The notes under the pieces are model-generated. The model was given only the letters and a program-made list of their open reading frames with translations. It ran no database searches and was not told the origin of the DNA. This document shows, in pieces, positions 59,985 to 64,000 of a DNA stretch of 64,000 nt; within the stretch, counting starts at the first letter, position 1; each line of letters begins with the position of its first letter. Made by a program: the position numbers and the translations under genes. Source of the stretch: an uncultured Gemmatimonadales bacterium (lineage in GTDB: Bacteria; Gemmatimonadota; Gemmatimonadetes; Gemmatimonadales; GWC2-71-9); contig CAVZZO010000001.1 of assembly GCA_963779755.1 (NCBI GenBank), positions 1,920,001 through 1,984,000 on the forward strand, in the 5' to 3' direction.

Positions 59985-62471
59985 TCAGCGGTGAGGTCTC
60001 TCCGACGCGGCCACCAGGGCGACCGGTTGAGGAACACGCTTCGCGGGGAGCGGCTCCTTCTTCCTGCCGGTCTGCGGACTCCCCGCCAGGTGTCTCGCCA
60101 CTCCCAGCAGCGCGTCGGGGCTCAGCGACATGCTGTCGATGCCCAGCCCGACCAGGAACTCCGCGAACTCCGGATAGTCGCTCGGCGCCTGGCCGCAGAT
60201 CCCCACCGGGCGCCGCTTGCGATGGGCCGCCTCGATCACCATGGCGATCATTCGCTTCACCCCGGGGTCGCGCTCGTCGAAGAGCGGAGCCAGCAGGTCG
60301 GAGTCGCGATCGATGCCCAGGGTCAGCTGGGTGAGATCGTTGGACCCGATGGAGAATCCGTCGAAGAGGTCGGAGAACTCCGCGGCAAGGACGACGTTGT
60401 TCGGGATCTCGCACATTACATAGACCTCGAGCCCGTCTTCCCCCTGGCGCAGCCCGTGGCCGGCCATTTCCTCCAGAACCCGGCGTGCCTCTCCCAGCGT
60501 GCGGCAGAAGGGGATCATCACCTTGAGGTTGGTGAGCCCCATGGTCTCCCGTACCCGGCGTATGGCGGCGCACTCCAGGGCGAAGCCGTCGCGATACCGC
60601 TCATGATAGTATCGGGAGGCGCCCCGGAACCCGATCATCGGGTTGGCGTCCACCCGCTCGAAGGCGCGGCCGCCCAGCAGCCCGGCGTATTCGTTGGTCT
60701 TGAAATCCGAGAAGCGGACGATCACCGGCCGGGGATGGAAAGCTGCCGCGATCTGCCCCACACCCGACGCCAGCCGTTCCACGAAGAACTCCGCGGGCGT
60801 ACCGTATCCCCGGGCGCGAGCCTCGATCGTCTGCCGGTCCGCCGCATCGGCCATCCGCTCCGGATGGGCGACGGCCATGGGGTGGATGCCGATCCACCCC
60901 GAAATCACGAACTCGATCCGGAGCAGACCGACCCCGGCGGCGGGCAGCTGAGCCAGGCTGAAGGCCTGGTCGGGGTTCGCCAGGTTGAGCATGAGCGGGA
61001 CCGGCGACGGCGGCAGGGTTGCGGGGTCGATGTCCTCCCGGGCAAAGGCCACCTCGCCTTCATAGACCCGGCCCTCGTCGCCTTCGGCGCAGGAGACGGT
61101 GACCACGCTGCCCGCGGCCAGGCGCCCGGTGGCATCGCCGGTGCCGACCACGCAGGGGATGCCCAGCTCGCGCGAGACGATCGCCGCGTGGCAGGTGCGG
61201 CCCCCCTCGTCGGTGACCACCGCGGCGACCCGTTGCAGCACCGGCTCCCAGTCCGGGTTGGTCATCCGGGTGACCAGCACCTCGCCGGCCTGCACCTCGG
61301 CCAGTTGCGATGAGCCGCTGATCAGCCGGACCGGGCCGCTGGCGACGCGCTCCCCCACGCTCTTGCCGGTGACCAGCACCCGGCCTTCGCCGCTCCGCCG
61401 GTAGAGCGTGATCCGGGTGCCCCGCCGTTCCGCGTGGACCGTCTCCGGCCGAGCCTGCACCACGAAGAGCTCGCCGCTGCGGCCGTCGCGGGCCCACTCG
61501 ATGTCCATCGGCGTGTCCCGGCCCGCCAGGCGGGTGTAGTGCTCCTCGATGGCGAGGGCCCAGCGCGCCAGCGTCAGCAGGTCCCCCTCCTCCAGCACGA
61601 AGCGGGAGCGATCGCTCTCCGGGACCGCCACCTCGGTGACCGGCCGGCCGCCGTCCTCGGCATACACCAGCTTGACGTCCTTGCCGCCCAGCTCCCGCCG
61701 CAGGATGGAACGGAAACCGGCGCGCAGCATGGGCTTGTGGATCCAGAATTCGTCCGGTACCACCCGCCCCTGGACCAGAGTCTCGGCGATGCCCCAGGCC
61801 CCGGTGATGAGGATGACGTCGCGGAACCCGCTCTCGGTATCGAGGGTGAAGATCACCCCGGCGGAGCCCAGGTCGCTCCGGACCATCTTCTGCACCCCCA
61901 CCGACAGGCTCACGCTCCGGTGGGCGAAGCCCTTCTCGGTCCGGTACGCGATGGCCCGGTCGGTATAGAGCGAGGCGAAGCAGGCACGGATCGCTCCGTC
62001 CAGCGCCTCCAGGCCGCGGATGTTGAGATAGGTCTCGTGCTGTCCCGCGAACGACGCGCCCGGCAGGTCTTCAGCGGTGGCGCTGGAGCGCACGGCGACG
62101 TCCGTCTCTGCCTCGCCGAAGCGCTGCGACAACTCCGAATACGCCGCCGCGATGAGCGGCCGCAGCTCCTCCGGCAGCGGTGCTTCGCGGACTCGCTTCC
62201 GGATGGCCTCGCCGGCGCGGGACAGGGCGTTGACGTCCCGCACGTCCACGCCCGCCAGGGTGGATTCGATCCAGTCGGTGAGGCCGGCCCGGTCCAGGTG
62301 CAGCCGATAGGCCTCCGCGGTGAGGACGAACCCGTCAGGAACCCGCACGCCCTTCTTGCCCAACGTCTGAAGCATCTCGCCCAGCGAGGCGTTCTTCCCC
62401 CCGACCTGGCCGATATCGGCCAGGGTGACGCCGTCGAGCGGCCGCAGATAGACCCGATGAGAGCTGTTCAT
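59985..62471 (-). CDS. ppsA: Phosphoenolpyruvate synthase
   Basis: GGKNASLGEM, VRSSATAED, GGRTCHAAI, MCEIP, GSNDLTQ, ICGQAP. Confidence 0.96.
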   Translation of the reverse strand: MNSSHRVYLRPLDGVTLADIGQVGGKNASLGEMLQTLGKKGVRVPDGFVLTAEAYRLHLDRAGLTDWIESTLAGVDVRDVNALSRAGEAIRKRVREAPLPEELRPLIAAAYSELSQRFGEAETDVAVRSSATAEDLPGASFAGQHETYLNIRGLEALDGAIRACFASLYTDRAIAYRTEKGFAHRSVSLSVGVQKMVRSDLGSAGVIFTLDTESGFRDVILITGAWGIAETLVQGRVVPDEFWIHKPMLRAGFRSILRRELGGKDVKLVYAEDGGRPVTEVAVPESDRSRFVLEEGDLLTLARWALAIEEHYTRLAGRDTPMDIEWARDGRSGELFVVQARPETVHAERRGTRITLYRRSGEGRVLVTGKSVGERVASGPVRLISGSSQLAEVQAGEVLVTRMTNPDWEPVLQRVAAVVTDEGGRTCHAAIVSRELGIPCVVGTGDATGRLAAGSVVTVSCAEGDEGRVYEGEVAFAREDIDPATLPPSPVPLMLNLANPDQAFSLAQLPAAGVGLLRIEFVISGWIGIHPMAVAHPERMADAADRQTIEARARGYGTPAEFFVERLASGVGQIAAAFHPRPVIVRFSDFKTNEYAGLLGGRAFERVDANPMIGFRGASRYYHERYRDGFALECAAIRRVRETMGLTNLKVMIPFCRTLGEARRVLEEMAGHGLRQGEDGLEVYVMCEIPNNVVLAAEFSDLFDGFSIGSNDLTQLTLGIDRDSDLLAPLFDERDPGVKRMIAMVIEAAHRKRRPVGICGQAPSDYPEFAEFLVGLGIDSMSLSPDALLGVARHLAGSPQTGRKKEPLPAKRVPQPVALVAASERPHR

Positions 62472-62672
62472 CTCTCATTCCTAGCGGTCCGCTTCTGAAG
62501 GAAGCGGGAAACGGGAGTGAAGCGGGCGCGGGCACGCCGTGGCCGATCGTGGCGCGGTTCTCCTGAAGCGACTTCTGAAGAGCGTTTCAAGACTCCTTCA
62601 CCTGCGCTTCGGTGGGGCCCGGACAGATTGTCGGGAACCAGCGGTTCTGCCGCGCATCCTGGAGCGCTCACG

Positions 62673-63527
62673 GTGCCACACTCCGCAGGAGCATCCCACC
62701 GATCCGAGTGCCACGCGGGAATCCTGGTCGCCATTGGGGGCTCGGAATCGAAGGATGGCGTGCCGGAGATCCTGGGGCGTTTCGTGTACGCGGCGGGCGG
62801 GCGGCACGCCGATATCCTCCTCATTCCGATTGCGTCGTCCCTGCAGAGCACGGCGGAGCGTTACCGTGCGACTTTCCGGCATCTGGGAGCGGCGTCGGTG
62901 CAGGTGTTGCATCCCAAGACGTCGGGTGCCGCCAACGATCCCGAGGCCGTGGCGATGGTGGGCCAGGCATCGGCGATCTTCTTCACCGGGGGAGACCAGT
63001 ACCGCCTGGCCCAGCGCCTTGCCGGTACCGCGCTGGAGCGGGCGATTCGAGAGGCGCATGCCCGCGGCACCACTGTCGGAGGGACCTCGGCCGGCGCCTC
63101 CTTCCTCTCACGACGGATGATCGCGTACGGCAAGAGCGGCTCCACTCCGCGGCACGATCTGGTCAACCTGGCCGATGGGCTGGGCCTGACCTCCCGCTTC
63201 ATCATTGATCAGCACTTCCAGGAGCGAAACCGCATGGGCCGTCTGCTGACGGCGCTCGCACTGTGTCCCGGCGCCATGGGGCTGGGGCTGGATGAGGGGA
63301 CGGCCGCGGTGCTTGACGGCGACTCGCTGGAGGTCGTCGGCGACGGTGCCATCACGGTCCTCGACGGCCGCCGTATGGACGCCCGCGTGCCGCATCACTG
63401 GGACCGGCACGACCCGATCTGCCTGACCAACGTGCGGATGCACATCCTGGTGCACGGCGCGCGGTTCGATGTCCGCCGCCGCCGCGCCACCCCACCGTCA
63501 GCTACCGAGAAGGAACCCCGGCAATGA
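62673..63527 (+). CDS. cphB: Cyanophycinase; start at GTG 62673 (GGAG upstream) or 62517
   Basis: IGGSE, TGGDQ, GTSAGA, DQHF, RMGRL. Confidence 0.92.
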   Translation: MPHSAGASHRSECHAGILVAIGGSESKDGVPEILGRFVYAAGGRHADILLIPIASSLQSTAERYRATFRHLGAASVQVLHPKTSGAANDPEAVAMVGQASAIFFTGGDQYRLAQRLAGTALERAIREAHARGTTVGGTSAGASFLSRRMIAYGKSGSTPRHDLVNLADGLGLTSRFIIDQHFQERNRMGRLLTALALCPGAMGLGLDEGTAAVLDGDSLEVVGDGAITVLDGRRMDARVPHHWDRHDPICLTNVRMHILVHGARFDVRRRRATPPSATEKEPRQ

Positions 63528-64000
63528 ACATCGAGGGCATTTCTGTCTACCAGGGCCCGAGCGTCTGGGCGTATTTTCCGGTCATTCGTGTCCGGCTGGA
63601 CCTGGGGCTGCTGGAGTCGTGGCCCAGCGGCCGACTCGGCACGGCGTTCCAGCAGGGACTCCTCAGGGCCTTGCCCGGGCTGCGCGAGCACGGCTGTTCC
63701 TACGGCGTTTCCGGCGGATTCGTGCGGCGCCTGACCGAGGGCGATGGCACCTGGCTGGGGCACGTGATGGAACATTCGGCCCTCGAGCTGCAGAATCTCG
63801 GCGGGTTCCCCGTCAGCTTCGGCCGCGCCCGCGGCGTCCCCGGCCGGCCCGGGGTGTACGACGTGGTCTACCAGTTTCGCGAGCGGGAGGTCGGCCTCGC
63901 GGCCGGCCGGCTCGCGCTGACGCTGCTGTACTCGCTCCTGCCGGAAACCCTGCGCGAGGGCTTTACCCCGCCGCTTCCTGATTACGCCGCGGAGCGTGAA
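63524..64000 (+). CDS. cphA: Cyanophycin synthetase (3' end outside window; missing from the ORF track)
   Basis: MNIEGISVYQGPSVW..LPGLREHGCSYG..GGF..GTWLGHVMEH..LELQ; ATGA overlap with cphB. Confidence 0.9.
   Translation, partial: MNIEGISVYQGPSVWAYFPVIRVRLDLGLLESWPSGRLGTAFQQGLLRALPGLREHGCSYGVSGGFVRRLTEGDGTWLGHVMEHSALELQNLGGFPVSFGRARGVPGRPGVYDVVYQFREREVGLAAGRLALTLLYSLLPETLREGFTPPLPDYAAERE

Noticed and set aside
62517..62672. Arg-rich N-terminus of cyanophycinase as a regulatory leader
   Set aside because: Arg richness is expected at this GC content, and a downstream GTG has a better SD

Overview
High-GC bacterial chromosomal segment. Gene order and content (pilT-accC-comB-ftsK-recA-recX-alaS, Ser/Thr kinase with TolB-like repeats) suggest Gemmatimonadota; this is an inference. 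1-18.2 kb: housekeeping genes on the + strand. 18.3-19.4 kb: a divergent isocitrate lyase. 19.6-48.6 kb: a Wzx/Wzy surface-polysaccharide locus that switches strand repeatedly. 49-52.3 kb: an aroF / chorismate mutase / fused prephenate dehydratase-dehydrogenase operon preceded by a clear Phe/Tyr-rich leader-peptide attenuator that the ORF track misses. The rest holds tRNA-Ile(CAT), a kinase, an FHA-lytic transglycosylase, a GH3 glycosidase, ppsA and cyanophycin genes. The most striking unexplained signal is a dispersed family of 7-, 8- and 9-nt tandem-repeat arrays, often arranged as inverted arms. One pair of arms encloses a lone four-helix-bundle (IVS/Avd-like) gene just upstream of recA; other pairs are empty. 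Product calls rest on motif recognition by eye; no database searches were run.
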